A stretch of 64,000 bases of DNA from an uncultured Myxococcaceae bacterium. GTDB taxonomy: Bacteria; Myxococcota_A; Polyangia; Polyangiales; Ga0077539. Below the pieces are notes generated by a model. It saw only the letters and a list, made by a program, of their open reading frames with translations, was not told where the DNA came from and did not search any database. The stretch's first letter is position 1; every line of letters begins with the position of its first letter. The translations under genes were made by a program, and so were the position numbers. The DNA lies in contig CAMFHP010000008.1 of the NCBI GenBank assembly GCA_945952225.1, positions 1,798-65,797 of the forward strand, in the 5' to 3' direction. Below, piece by piece: positions 40,801-50,397 of this stretch.

Positions 40801-41971
40801 CATCGCGCACGGCGCCGTCGCTCGCGCGGAGCCCCGTCGACTGCGCGCGGCTCACGTCGACGTCGACGCGGAGCTCTCCCACGCGCGTGCCGAGCGAGGC
40901 GAGCGGGAGCCGCCATGCGCGGCGGCCGTCGACGCCCGCGGAGAGCCACTGGGTGTACGTGATGCGCACGCGCCGCGTGGTGCCCGCGGCGATGGGATAG
41001 AGGCGCGCGTGGTAGCGCCCTGGAGCGTCCCATTCGAGCAGCGCGGGGTCGTGGGTGGAGCCGCGGTAGACCTGCGCCTGGTAGTCGGCGGCGGCGACGT
41101 TGCGCTCGCGCACGAAGCCGTCGACGAGCGCGCCCCGTCGGTCGACGGCGAAGCGTTGGAGCACCGCGCCGCGCGGCACCACGAGGGTGTAGAGGCCCTC
41201 GACGGTGTCGGCGGTGGGGTTGAAGAAGGTCTCGTCGAGCTCGGTGATCGCGAGGTCACCCACCACGGCGACGTGCGCGTCGAGGCGCTGCAGCGCGAGG
41301 GGCCAGCGCGGCGCGCCCTGCTCGTCGGGGCGTCGCGCAGCCACCGCGCCGATGCCCATGGCGCTCGCCGTCTCGACGCCCGCGGGGAGCTCATCGGCGA
41401 GCCCGCCGGTCCAGTCGTCGAAGAGCGTTCGCGCGTTCACGGTGGCGCCCGAGACATCGATGCGCGCCGACTCGCCTGCGCGCACGAGTCCCTGACGTTC
41501 GCCCGCGCGCCATGCGACCTCGCCCGCGAGCACGTCGACGAGCGCTGCACCGCCCACGCGCGCCACGCTCGCACGCACCCCGCGCAGCGCGAGCGACACC
41601 GCGCCGACCGAGAGCGCCGCAGGGTCGTCGTCAGGCGCGTCGCGACGTCCGCCGATCCACACGCGCCCCGCGTCGAGCGTGAGCGCCGATGCGTTGTCGA
41701 TGCGCACGCGCGCGTCGCGATCGAGGAGCACGCGGTCGCCGTGGTCGAGCGCAACGATGGCCCGCCCGGCGCTGTCGGTGCTGAGCACCGCACCCGCGAC
41801 GAGGCGACGGAGGTCGGTCACGTCGACCGTGGAGTTCCCCTCGCGCAGCGACACGCCGGCGCGCACGCGCTCGACGTGGGCGACGGTGACGACGAGCGGC
41901 GACGCGCGCTCGCACGCGGCGGACGACACGAACGTGGCAAGAACAACGGCCGCGGCGAACGAGAAGCGCAT
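37808..41971 (-). CDS. FecR-like / VIT / von Willebrand A / TPR giant protein (1,387 aa), paralog A
   Basis: Signal peptide and FecR-like 'GRAIVALDHGDRVLLDRDARVRI'. VIT-like 'HVAVVGDLAITELDETFFNP...GLYTLVVP'. vWA 'DLVVVVDHSAATD...GGATDL...IVYVGDGDATVG'. A Pro/Ala/Gln low-complexity insert, then a TPR-like C-terminus. Its stop overlaps the next start by 4 nt. Confidence 0.85.
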   Translation of the reverse strand: MRFSFAAAVVLATFVSSAACERASPLVVTVAHVERVRAGVSLREGNSTVDVTDLRRLVAGAVLSTDSAGRAIVALDHGDRVLLDRDARVRIDNASALTLDAGRVWIGGRRDAPDDDPAALSVGAVSLALRGVRASVARVGGAALVDVLAGEVAWRAGERQGLVRAGESARIDVSGATVNARTLFDDWTGGLADELPAGVETASAMGIGAVAARRPDEQGAPRWPLALQRLDAHVAVVGDLAITELDETFFNPTADTVEGLYTLVVPRGAVLQRFAVDRRGALVDGFVRERNVAAADYQAQVYRGSTHDPALLEWDAPGRYHARLYPIAAGTTRRVRITYTQWLSAGVDGRRAWRLPLASLGTRVGELRVDVDVSRAQSTGLRASDGAVRDGDHLTFSRSDTLPAADFVLDLEGPPPLAASVVRVPSSGAVGDRFGFVRVAVQPPFSEALTARDEGVDLVVVVDHSAATDPASALLGQAFAEALVRSLSPRDRLLVLAGDVSTRSVGAPEARLAAVTDEARQRLLDALANDRRGGATDLGAMFDAAHAALDPRRNGVIVYVGDGDATVGEADVTALRARLARMDPHPRLYAIAVGDAPKLDVLAGIAAPTGFAARVARRAEVARTAIEVIEHATRPLVRGFQVDLGPDVERVYPVGPVDVPAGEPLVVVGRATGDRTPRVTVRARWNGQERVRTVDPAVRTLADRDDLRARWASARLDHLLATGEPRAVVVELGTRFGLVTPFTSFYVPSEDEPLVPRDARRESDLRWSLVDLIPLVGCARLDHEAREEVPAATVAQAPVAAPAPSASTTTPTAAPQDIDRTTNIPAQPEAPSSPGVAREAAQQEQPLAPMNRNAAEAEPTVAAPPPPPTAAPVMPATERAADGLRPAGGRRATTSRWGIEGSSVAGFDGDERNARDHREPAADQAQRAAQSAPAPAETTALARCSDAAAVTLAERVSLWRERLAQADAATALRVWSDAKRACELPAWPDRVAMLRVLAQTVGSVDGQIALYRGLARDAGARAWMRDVLLRTLARRGELARADELGLGRLDAATLSAALAHAVTPRERLSVLLALSRVHGDDFELALLVLDAAVLADDREVVRATAAKLREDPRTDARARTVVGEALFAIGDEAEARRAFSEIVEFAPDDPAARQRLGDIALAHGWAQEAYRQFQTLATLRRDAPEILLRLAWAARAAGRFDESIRLAERVSTAGGPGATDGTVEAAAAWIATELALAASDPHAAARDVAALRARWRRSPAARGAGAVRVVLRALHPDESAELWVATRDVPLRRAELVGAQVPLEGAVWSDVPAGLSLEVRRAGGGRPRGDVELVVLWNEGTPRERVVRQRVRFEASQSRARFDVVDGALTPPPEPDTHVRIATRRAP

Positions 41972-42267
41972 GGCGATGGCCGATCCTTCGGGCGTGGAGG
42001 GGTGACGCGAGGCCCGCTTCGATCCGTACGGGCGCGCTGCACGTCGACGTGACGTGGAGCGCGTCGGACCGACGAGGCGCGCGGTGCCTTGGCAAGTTCG
42101 CGCAGCACGTGGCCGAGATGCCCGCCGAAGTGTTGCCCGTGATCGACCCGCGTCGCGACACTTCCCGACGACCGGATGCGGGAGATCACGGCGTGCTCAA
42201 GGCGCGCGGTCATCCCGCCGAGAGGAGCCTCTCGGAAGCGCCGGTTGCGGCGCACTTCGGGAGATCC

Positions 42268-42492
42268 ATGCGAACGAACGCGGTCGAGCACGTGGTGGCG
42301 ATGGTGTCGGCGGTGGCCCTCGTGGCGGTGGCCGCCGTGGTGGTGCTGCGAGCGCCGTTGGCGCAGGGCGCGGCCCGTCACGCAGGGCGCCCGCACACGC
42401 CCGGCGTGGTGGAGCGGGCGCAGACGACCGCGTGTTCGGCGCGGTGCGCGGCGGGCCTCGAAGCGTGCCTCGCGCGGTGCGCGCTCCGTTGA
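42268..42492 (+). CDS. candidate 74-aa single-pass membrane protein with twin CX3C motif
   Basis: MRTNAVEHVVAMVSAVALVAVAAVVVLRAP...TTACSARCAAGLEACLARCALR. High GC3 and a GGGAGA sequence 3 nt upstream of the ATG. There is no homology evidence and the ORF may be spurious. Confidence 0.3.
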   Translation: MRTNAVEHVVAMVSAVALVAVAAVVVLRAPLAQGAARHAGRPHTPGVVERAQTTACSARCAAGLEACLARCALR

Positions 42493-42611
42493 ACAGGTGA
42501 AACTGTCGCGTCGCGCGGAGATCGGTCGAAGGTTTCTCCGGTTCGCGGTCATACACCGTGCAGGACGTTGCGCGGCCCGCGCAGCGCAGCCCCCACGACG
42601 AACGAGACGCC

Positions 42612-43889
42612 ATGGAACACACCGACACCTCTTCGCTCGATCACGGCCTCCCCTCCCCAGCGGCGTCTGCGCGTCTGCTCGTCGACGAGGGCGGGCGCGC
42701 GCCGCGTACGGTCCTCGTGGCGCCGGGCTCGGTGCTGCGCGTCGGCCGGGCGCCCGACCTGGAGCTCTCGCTCGACGATCCCCGCGCATCGCGCACGCAC
42801 TGTCTCCTCCGCTACGACGGCCAGTCGGTCACCCTGCAGGATCTCGAAAGCTCGAACGGCACGTGGATCGGCGCGAACCGCGTCCACGGGACCGTGCCCC
42901 TCGCGAACGGCGCGCTCTTTCGCGTGGGGAGCACCTCGGTGGTGCTGCTCCTGCCCGAGCGTGAGGCGTCGGCGCGCACGCTCCCCGCGACGGCCCCTGC
43001 GCCCGTGATGGTCGACCCTGCGACGGTGTCGCTCTTCGACCTCGCGCGACGCCTCGGACCGACGGACCTCGCGGTGCTGGTGCAGGGCGAGACGGGCTCG
43101 GGCAAGGAGGTGGTCGCGCGGGCGATCCATCAATCGAGCCCGCGGGCGACGGGACCCGTCGTGGTGGTGAACTGCGCGGTGCTCTCCGACGCGGTGAACG
43201 AGCCCGACAACGCGCAGCGCATCGCGGAGTACTTCGACACCGCGGAGGGGGGCACGCTCCTCCTCGACGAGGTGGGCGAGCTGTCGGCCGTGAGCCAGGC
43301 GCGCCTGCTCCGCGCCCTGCAGGAGCGCACGGTGGGGGCGTCGACCACGTCGGGCGTGCGGGTCGTCGCGACGACGCACCTCGACCTCGCGCGCGAGGTG
43401 TCGGCGGGACGCTTCCGCGAAGACCTCTACTTTCGCCTCAACGGCGTGACCGTCGACGTGCCCCCGCTGCGCGCACGCGCGAAGGACATTCCCGCGCTCG
43501 TGCAGCGCATGCTCGAAGAGCACGGCGGCACCCTCACGCTGGGCACCGGCGTCGCGGCGGTGCTCGCGGCGCATCGCTGGCCCGGCAACGTGCGGGAGCT
43601 CCGCAACGCCCTCTCGTCGGCGGTGGCCCTCGCGCAGGGCGGGGTGATCAAGGTCGAGCACCTTCCGCCCGCGGTGCGCGGTGACAGCGCGGCCTCGTCG
43701 GCCCCGGTATCGCCGCTGCGCGAGCGCGTCGATGAGACCGAGCGCAAGGTCATCATCACGGCCCTCGAGAGCACCGGGTGGAACCAGTCGCGCGCCGCGC
43801 GGGTGCTGGGCATCTCGCGCCGCGCGCTGATCTACAAGATGGAGCGCTACGGTCTGAAGCCCCTGCCCAACGGCCAGCGTCACGCCTGA
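42612..43889 (+). CDS. FHA-domain NtrC-type AAA+ transcriptional regulator lacking the GAFTGA loop
   Basis: FHA: '[25 protein letters not shown]...[13 protein letters not shown]'. AAA+: '[19 protein letters not shown]', '[12 protein letters not shown]', '[10 protein letters not shown]', '[10 protein letters not shown]'. Fis-type HTH: '[26 protein letters not shown]'. Confidence 0.85.
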   Translation: MEHTDTSSLDHGLPSPAASARLLVDEGGRAPRTVLVAPGSVLRVGRAPDLELSLDDPRASRTHCLLRYDGQSVTLQDLESSNGTWIGANRVHGTVPLANGALFRVGSTSVVLLLPEREASARTLPATAPAPVMVDPATVSLFDLARRLGPTDLAVLVQGETGSGKEVVARAIHQSSPRATGPVVVVNCAVLSDAVNEPDNAQRIAEYFDTAEGGTLLLDEVGELSAVSQARLLRALQERTVGASTTSGVRVVATTHLDLAREVSAGRFREDLYFRLNGVTVDVPPLRARAKDIPALVQRMLEEHGGTLTLGTGVAAVLAAHRWPGNVRELRNALSSAVALAQGGVIKVEHLPPAVRGDSAASSAPVSPLRERVDETERKVIITALESTGWNQSRAARVLGISRRALIYKMERYGLKPLPNGQRHA

Positions 43890-44014
43890 CCGACGACGCC
43901 CCATCGACGGGGCGGCCACCGCACGTTGACGTGCACGTTTCCAGCAGAGACGGGGTATGCTCCGCAGGTGGCGCGCGGCCCCCGATCGCGCCGCGCGGAG
44001 TCGACCCGACCACG

Positions 44015-45541
<1,527 letters not shown>

Positions 45542-45596
45542 CACGTAGTGGGCACCGCGGCGTCGGGGGGACCCGACACGCGCATGGCGCCACACG

Positions 45597-46799
45597 ATGC
45601 TTCACCGTTCCAGCCGTCTCCGCGTTGCCCTCCTCGCGTCGTGCACGTGTGTGCTGTGGGGTGGTGCGACGAACGCGCAGCCCGCGCCGCAGACGACGCC
45701 CACCGCCGCCCAGGTCGCCGAAGGTCGAGAGCATTTCGACCGCGGAATCAGGCTCTTCGACGAGTCGAACTTCGATGGCGCGCTCGTGGAGTTCCAGCGC
45801 GCGTGGGACCTCTCGCAGCGCTCCTCGGTGCTCACGAACATCGCCGCGGCCTGTCAGGCCCTGCACCGTTACGCCGACGCCATCGCGGCCCTCGAGCGCT
45901 ACCTCACCGTGTCGACCGACGCGCGCCAGCGACGACAGGTGCAGCGCGCGATCGAGGAGCTCCGGGAGCTCATCGCCTACGTGCGTGTGACGGTGGTGCC
46001 CGCCGACGCGCAGGTGCGCCTCGACGCGCGCTCCATCGATGCCTCGCAGGAGGTGCTCGTCGGCCCCGGCACGCACCACATCGAGGCGACGCACGCGGGC
46101 CGCGTGGCCGCCTCGGCAGATTTCACCATCGCCTCGGGCGAGCACCGCGAGGTGCGCCTCACCCTCGCGGAGACCGCAGGCGGCACCACCGGACCGACGG
46201 TGCTCATCGTCGACCCCGCGAACCCGCCGCCCCCGCCGCCTCCGCCGCCCCCGCCTCCACCGTCCACGATCGCGGTCGACGGCGTTCCCTCGAACGCCAC
46301 GCTGCGCCTCGACGGCGTGCCCATGGTGCTCGACGGACGCCCGCTCACCGTGGCCCCCGGCGCCCATCGCGTCGAGATCTCGGCCCCCGGCATGCGCCCG
46401 TGGAGTGGGCCCATCACAGCCCGCGCGCAGGCGTCGCACCGCCTCCACGTGTCGCTCTCGCCCGCGACCACGGGAATGCGCCCGATCTACTTCATCGCCG
46501 CGGCTTCGGCGACGGGCGTGTTCCTCATCGCGACGGTGGCGACGGGGCTCTCGGCCATCAGCACGCACTCGGAGTACATGTCGCTCGCGCCCGGCGATCC
46601 GCGCATCGCGACGCTCGGCTCCGAGGGGCGCGCGCTCTCCATCGCGTCCGACCTCCTGGGTCTCGGCACCCTCGGACTCGGCGCGCTCTCCGTGGTGCTC
46701 TTCACCCGCACGTCGTTTCACAACGAGCCCTCGTCGGCGCGCTTCGTTCTCGCGCCGACCGCGGGCGGCGCCACCGCGGGCGCGACCTTCACGTTCTGA
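45597..46799 (+). CDS. secreted TPR-like / PEGA-like domain protein with Pro13 tract and C-terminal TM region
   Basis: Signal peptide, then 'YVRVTVVPADAQVRLDARSI...GPGTHHIEATHAG' and 'TLRLDGVPM...VAPGAHRVEISAPG' (PEGA-like), then hydrophobic C-terminal helices. Confidence 0.7.
   Translation: MLHRSSRLRVALLASCTCVLWGGATNAQPAPQTTPTAAQVAEGREHFDRGIRLFDESNFDGALVEFQRAWDLSQRSSVLTNIAAACQALHRYADAIAALERYLTVSTDARQRRQVQRAIEELRELIAYVRVTVVPADAQVRLDARSIDASQEVLVGPGTHHIEATHAGRVAASADFTIASGEHREVRLTLAETAGGTTGPTVLIVDPANPPPPPPPPPPPPPSTIAVDGVPSNATLRLDGVPMVLDGRPLTVAPGAHRVEISAPGMRPWSGPITARAQASHRLHVSLSPATTGMRPIYFIAAASATGVFLIATVATGLSAISTHSEYMSLAPGDPRIATLGSEGRALSIASDLLGLGTLGLGALSVVLFTRTSFHNEPSSARFVLAPTAGGATAGATFTF
46224..46262 (+). 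repeat. (CCN)13 tract encoding 13 consecutive prolines
   Basis: Read directly, in frame with CDS 45597-46799. Confidence 0.9.
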
Positions 46800-46801
46800 C
46801 C

Positions 46802-47761
46802 ATGCGCCGACGCGCGTGGTGCGAGACGCTCCCGCTGGCCGACCTGGCCGCTGCGAGACCCATGTCGCTCGCCGCGCGCTACGGGCTCGGGCTCCTCGTC
46901 GCGGTGCGTCCCGAGTCGCTCGACGCGCTGCCTGCGCTCCTCGCCGCGAGCGCGCATCACGGCGTGCGAATCACCGTGTGGCCCATGCTCGACGACGCGC
47001 ACGGACGCTGGCTCGGCGTACGCACCGTCGACACCTTCGGCGCCTTTCTCGATGAAGTGCTCGCGCGTTGCCCCGCGGGCTCCATCGACGCGGTGGCCTT
47101 CGACCTCGAACCGCCCATCGGGCTCGTGTCGCGCGTGCTCTCGTCGACACGCGCCGCCTCCCTCACGCCCCGCGACGCGCGCAGCCCTGGATTCACCGTC
47201 GGCCGCGACGCGATCGCATCCCTCGTGGCCCGCGTGCACGACCGCGGACTCGACGCGGTGGCCGCCGCCGTGCCCATGACGCTCTTCGATGGCCCCGCCG
47301 CGCGGTGGCAGCGCGCCCTCGGCACGCCCGTCGACGGCCTCGCGTGGGACCACGTCACCGCCATGGCCTACTCCACGATGTTCGAAGGGTGGTCGCTGCG
47401 CACGCTCGACCGCCGCGACGCGCTCGCCGTCGTGGCCGCCTGCGCACGCGCCGCGCGTGAACGCCACGGTGCCCGCGCGGACCTCTCACTCGGCGCCATC
47501 GACACCGGCGCCCTCGGCGATGAGCCCGTCTACCGCTCGCCCGCGGAGCTTGCCGACGATGTGGCCGTCGCCCACGCGTGCGGCGTCGACGACCTGACGC
47601 TCTTCGACTACGCGGGCGCGCTCCGACGGGGGCGACCGGAGGCGTGGCTCGACGCGTTCACGGCGCCGCCGCGCGCGATCGAGGTGCCGACGACGTGGCG
47701 CGCCTCGGCGGTGGTGCGGAGCTTCGAAGCGTTCGGCGGCGCCTGGCCCGCGCGCCGCTGA
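46802..47761 (+). CDS. hypothetical protein (319 aa)
   Basis: The ATG lies 2 nt after the upstream stop. Composition is balanced ('VRITVWPMLDDAHGRW...AVAFDLEPP...'). No motif recognised. Confidence 0.6.
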   Translation: MRRRAWCETLPLADLAAARPMSLAARYGLGLLVAVRPESLDALPALLAASAHHGVRITVWPMLDDAHGRWLGVRTVDTFGAFLDEVLARCPAGSIDAVAFDLEPPIGLVSRVLSSTRAASLTPRDARSPGFTVGRDAIASLVARVHDRGLDAVAAAVPMTLFDGPAARWQRALGTPVDGLAWDHVTAMAYSTMFEGWSLRTLDRRDALAVVAACARAARERHGARADLSLGAIDTGALGDEPVYRSPAELADDVAVAHACGVDDLTLFDYAGALRRGRPEAWLDAFTAPPRAIEVPTTWRASAVVRSFEAFGGAWPARR

Positions 47762-48256
47762 TCACGCGCCCTGGAACATCATCGCCAGCTCCGACGCGAG
47801 GATGCGCGAGGTCTCGCTGGCGCTGCATCCCGCGCAGCCCGCGATGGCCCGCTGCGAGTCTTCGAACATCACCCGCGCGCGCGCCATGTCGCCCTCGCAC
47901 GCCGTCGCGAGCACGGCGAGCGTGCGCGCCTCGCCGCAGCCCGGTCCGAGCGTTTCGAGGCGGTCGGAGCACGCGCGCACGAGGTCGGTGCGCCCCGCGC
48001 GCAACGCGAGGATGGCGACACGCGCCACCGCGGTCTTGTCGCGGAGCCCCTCGACGGACCCGTCCGCGAGCAGGTCGTCGAGGGAGGCCGAGAGCGCCGC
48101 CGGATCGTCGTCGGAGAAGTCGTCCCACAGCGCGGCGACTCGGTCGTCGGTGGGCAGACGGAGCGCGCGCTGCTTCGCCTCGAAGCGCGTGTTCACCCGA
48201 TGGATCCAGAGCGAGAGCGCGACCACGCCCACCACGATCGCAATCAGCGTCGGCAT
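47762..48256 (-). CDS. hypothetical membrane-anchored protein (164 aa)
   Basis: Start chosen at 'MPTLIAIVVGVVALSLWI' (N-terminal TM); the remainder is helical and acidic. Upstream codons in the ORF track are junk. Confidence 0.55.
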   Translation of the reverse strand: MPTLIAIVVGVVALSLWIHRVNTRFEAKQRALRLPTDDRVAALWDDFSDDDPAALSASLDDLLADGSVEGLRDKTAVARVAILALRAGRTDLVRACSDRLETLGPGCGEARTLAVLATACEGDMARARVMFEDSQRAIAGCAGCSASETSRILASELAMMFQGA

Positions 48257-48322
48257 GGCGTATCGGAGACCACAGCCGCGGCGCTTCGCGCAAGGGCGCC
48301 GGGGCCTCGCAGGAGTCGCTCC

Positions 48323-48916
48323 ATGGCCCCGAACCCCGACAGCTACGAAGCCCGTTACATGAACGCCGACGCGGCGGTGATCCAGTCGCGCAAGCCGATG
48401 CCCTGGTGGTTCTTCGCGATCCTCGGGGTGGCGGCGCTCGTCTCCGTGGGCTCGGGCCTCGCGTCGGGCTCCTTCGCGGCGCTGCTCTCGCTGCCGGTGA
48501 TCGCGGTGGTGGCGCTCGTGCTCTCGGTGCTGCGCGTGGTCGTGACGCGCGAGTTCGTGCACGTGCAGCTCGGGCTCTGGGGACCGAAGATCGCCCTCGC
48601 CGACATCCTCTCCATCGAGGCCATGGACTACCCCGCGATGCGCTACGGCGGCTGGGGCATTCGCCGCGGCCTCGACGGGAGCTGGGCGTACAGCACCCCC
48701 GGCGGCAACGGTCGCTGCGTGCGCATCGAGTACCGCGACGGCGATCGCACGAAGGCCGTGTGCGTGTCGACCAACGACGCCGACGAGGTGGTCAGCGCCG
48801 TGCGCTCGCTCAAGGCTGGAGGAACGGGCGTACGCGTCGAGACGGAGTCCCTCGCGGCCCCCGAGGAGGCCGAGGTTCCACGCGCTTCGGAGGACGCGGC
48901 GAAGGCCCGGAGGTGA
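48323..48916 (+). CDS. membrane protein with two TM helices and a small beta-rich C-terminal domain
   Basis: AGGAG RBS 8 nt upstream. 'WWFFAILGVAALVSVGSGL...LSLPVIAVVALVLSVL'. It lies directly upstream of selA on the same strand. Confidence 0.6.
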   Translation: MAPNPDSYEARYMNADAAVIQSRKPMPWWFFAILGVAALVSVGSGLASGSFAALLSLPVIAVVALVLSVLRVVVTREFVHVQLGLWGPKIALADILSIEAMDYPAMRYGGWGIRRGLDGSWAYSTPGGNGRCVRIEYRDGDRTKAVCVSTNDADEVVSAVRSLKAGGTGVRVETESLAAPEEAEVPRASEDAAKARR

Positions 48917-48941
48917 CGGCCTCGCGCGCGTCGGTGATAGC

Positions 48942-50387
48942 GTGCGCGCCGTGGTTGAAGACCGTCTTTCGAGGCTCCGCGCGCTCCCGGCCGCCCACGC
49001 GCTGCTCGCACACGAAGCCCTCCGCACGCTCGCGCAGACCCGCGGCGACGACACGGTGAAGCGCCTCGTGCGCGCGTCCCTCGAACGCGCCCGACGCGCG
49101 CTCCTCGACGGATCGCTCGACGGGGACCGCGCGGCGCTCACCGCAGCTCTTGTGGCCGACGTGCTGACGGTCTCGGCGCGCGAGCAGGAGCCCGGACTGC
49201 GCGCCGTGGTCAACGCGACCGGCGTGGTGCTCCACACGAACCTCGGACGCGCGCCCCTCGGCGACCGCGTGCTCGACGAGGTGCGCGAGGCCTGTCGGAG
49301 CTACGCCACGCTCGAATACGACCTCGACGAAGGACGGCGCGGGCACCGCGACCTCGCCCTCGCCACACGCCTCGCGCGGCTCACCGGCGCCGACGACGCC
49401 ACGGTGGTGAACAACGGTGCGGCGGCGGTTCTTCTCGCATCGACCGCCCTCGCCGCGGGGCGCGAGGTGGTGGTCTCGCGCGGTGAGCTCGTCGAGATCG
49501 GCGGCGGGTTTCGCATCCCCGACGTGCTCACGTCGTGCGGCGCGACGCTCGTCGAAGTGGGCACCACGAACCGCACGCGCGTCGACGACTACGCCCGCGC
49601 GATCACCGGGCGCACGGGCGCGGTGATGAAGGTCCACCCGAGCAACTTTGCGATCACGGGCTTCACCGCGTCGGCCGATGTGCGCGCACTTGCAGACGTG
49701 TGCAGGTCGCGAGGCGTTCCCCTCGTCGAAGACCTCGGGAGCGGCGCGATGGTCGACACCGCGCACTTCGGCGTTCCCCGCGAGCGCACGGCCCGCGACG
49801 CGCTCGCCGAGGGCGTCGACCTCGTGATCGTGTCGGGCGACAAGCTCCTCGGCGGTCCGCAGGCGGGCATCCTCGCCGGCCGCGCCGAGCTCGTCGCGCG
49901 CATGCGCCGTCATCCGCTCATGCGCGCGCTGCGTCCCGGTCGACTCGTGGTCGCCGCGCTCGACGCCACGCTGCGCGCCTACGAAGAGCAGCGCGCCCAT
50001 CGCGACGTCGCCGCCGTGGCCCTGCTCGCACAACCGCTCGCCGTGCTCGAAGCGAGGGCCCGACGCATGGCCGCAGGGCTCCCAGAGGCCCGTGTAGCGC
50101 CCGTCGAAGGGCGCGTGGGCGGCGGCACCCTTCCGACGGCGGCGCTGCCCTCCTGGGGCGTTCGCGTGGTGGGAATCCATGCGGCCGCGGTCGAGCGACG
50201 GTTGCGTGCGGCGCGTCCCGCGGTGGTGGCGCGCATCGAGAGCGGAGAGGTCGTGCTCGACGCGCGGACGGTGCGAGACGACGAGGTCGACGCGGTGCGC
50301 GCGGCGCTCACCCTCGCGGTCGCTGCGGGCGGAGACGTCGTCTCGACGGACGCGCGCGCAGACGACGGCGACGACGGCAGCCCGTGA
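48942..50387 (+). CDS. selA: L-seryl-tRNA(Sec) selenium transferase
   Basis: 'VVNATGVVLHTNLGRAPL', 'ATLEYDLDEGRRGHRD', 'VVNNGAAAVLL', 'VVSRGELVEIGGGFRIPDV', 'VEVGTTNRT', and the PLP-lysine motif 'SGDKLLGGPQAGI'. The start is GTG. Confidence 0.9.
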   Translation: MRAVVEDRLSRLRALPAAHALLAHEALRTLAQTRGDDTVKRLVRASLERARRALLDGSLDGDRAALTAALVADVLTVSAREQEPGLRAVVNATGVVLHTNLGRAPLGDRVLDEVREACRSYATLEYDLDEGRRGHRDLALATRLARLTGADDATVVNNGAAAVLLASTALAAGREVVVSRGELVEIGGGFRIPDVLTSCGATLVEVGTTNRTRVDDYARAITGRTGAVMKVHPSNFAITGFTASADVRALADVCRSRGVPLVEDLGSGAMVDTAHFGVPRERTARDALAEGVDLVIVSGDKLLGGPQAGILAGRAELVARMRRHPLMRALRPGRLVVAALDATLRAYEEQRAHRDVAAVALLAQPLAVLEARARRMAAGLPEARVAPVEGRVGGGTLPTAALPSWGVRVVGIHAAAVERRLRAARPAVVARIESGEVVLDARTVRDDEVDAVRAALTLAVAAGGDVVSTDARADDGDDGSP

Positions 50388-50397
50388 TCGATGGGGC

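Noticed and set aside
42089-42106. A sigma-54-like element TTGGCAAGTTCGCGCAGC in the VIT-vWA/regulator divergent region.
   Set aside because: The GG-to-GC spacing is one nt short of the TGGCAC-N5-TTGC consensus and the -12 element is poor. In addition, the adjacent regulator lacks GAFTGA.
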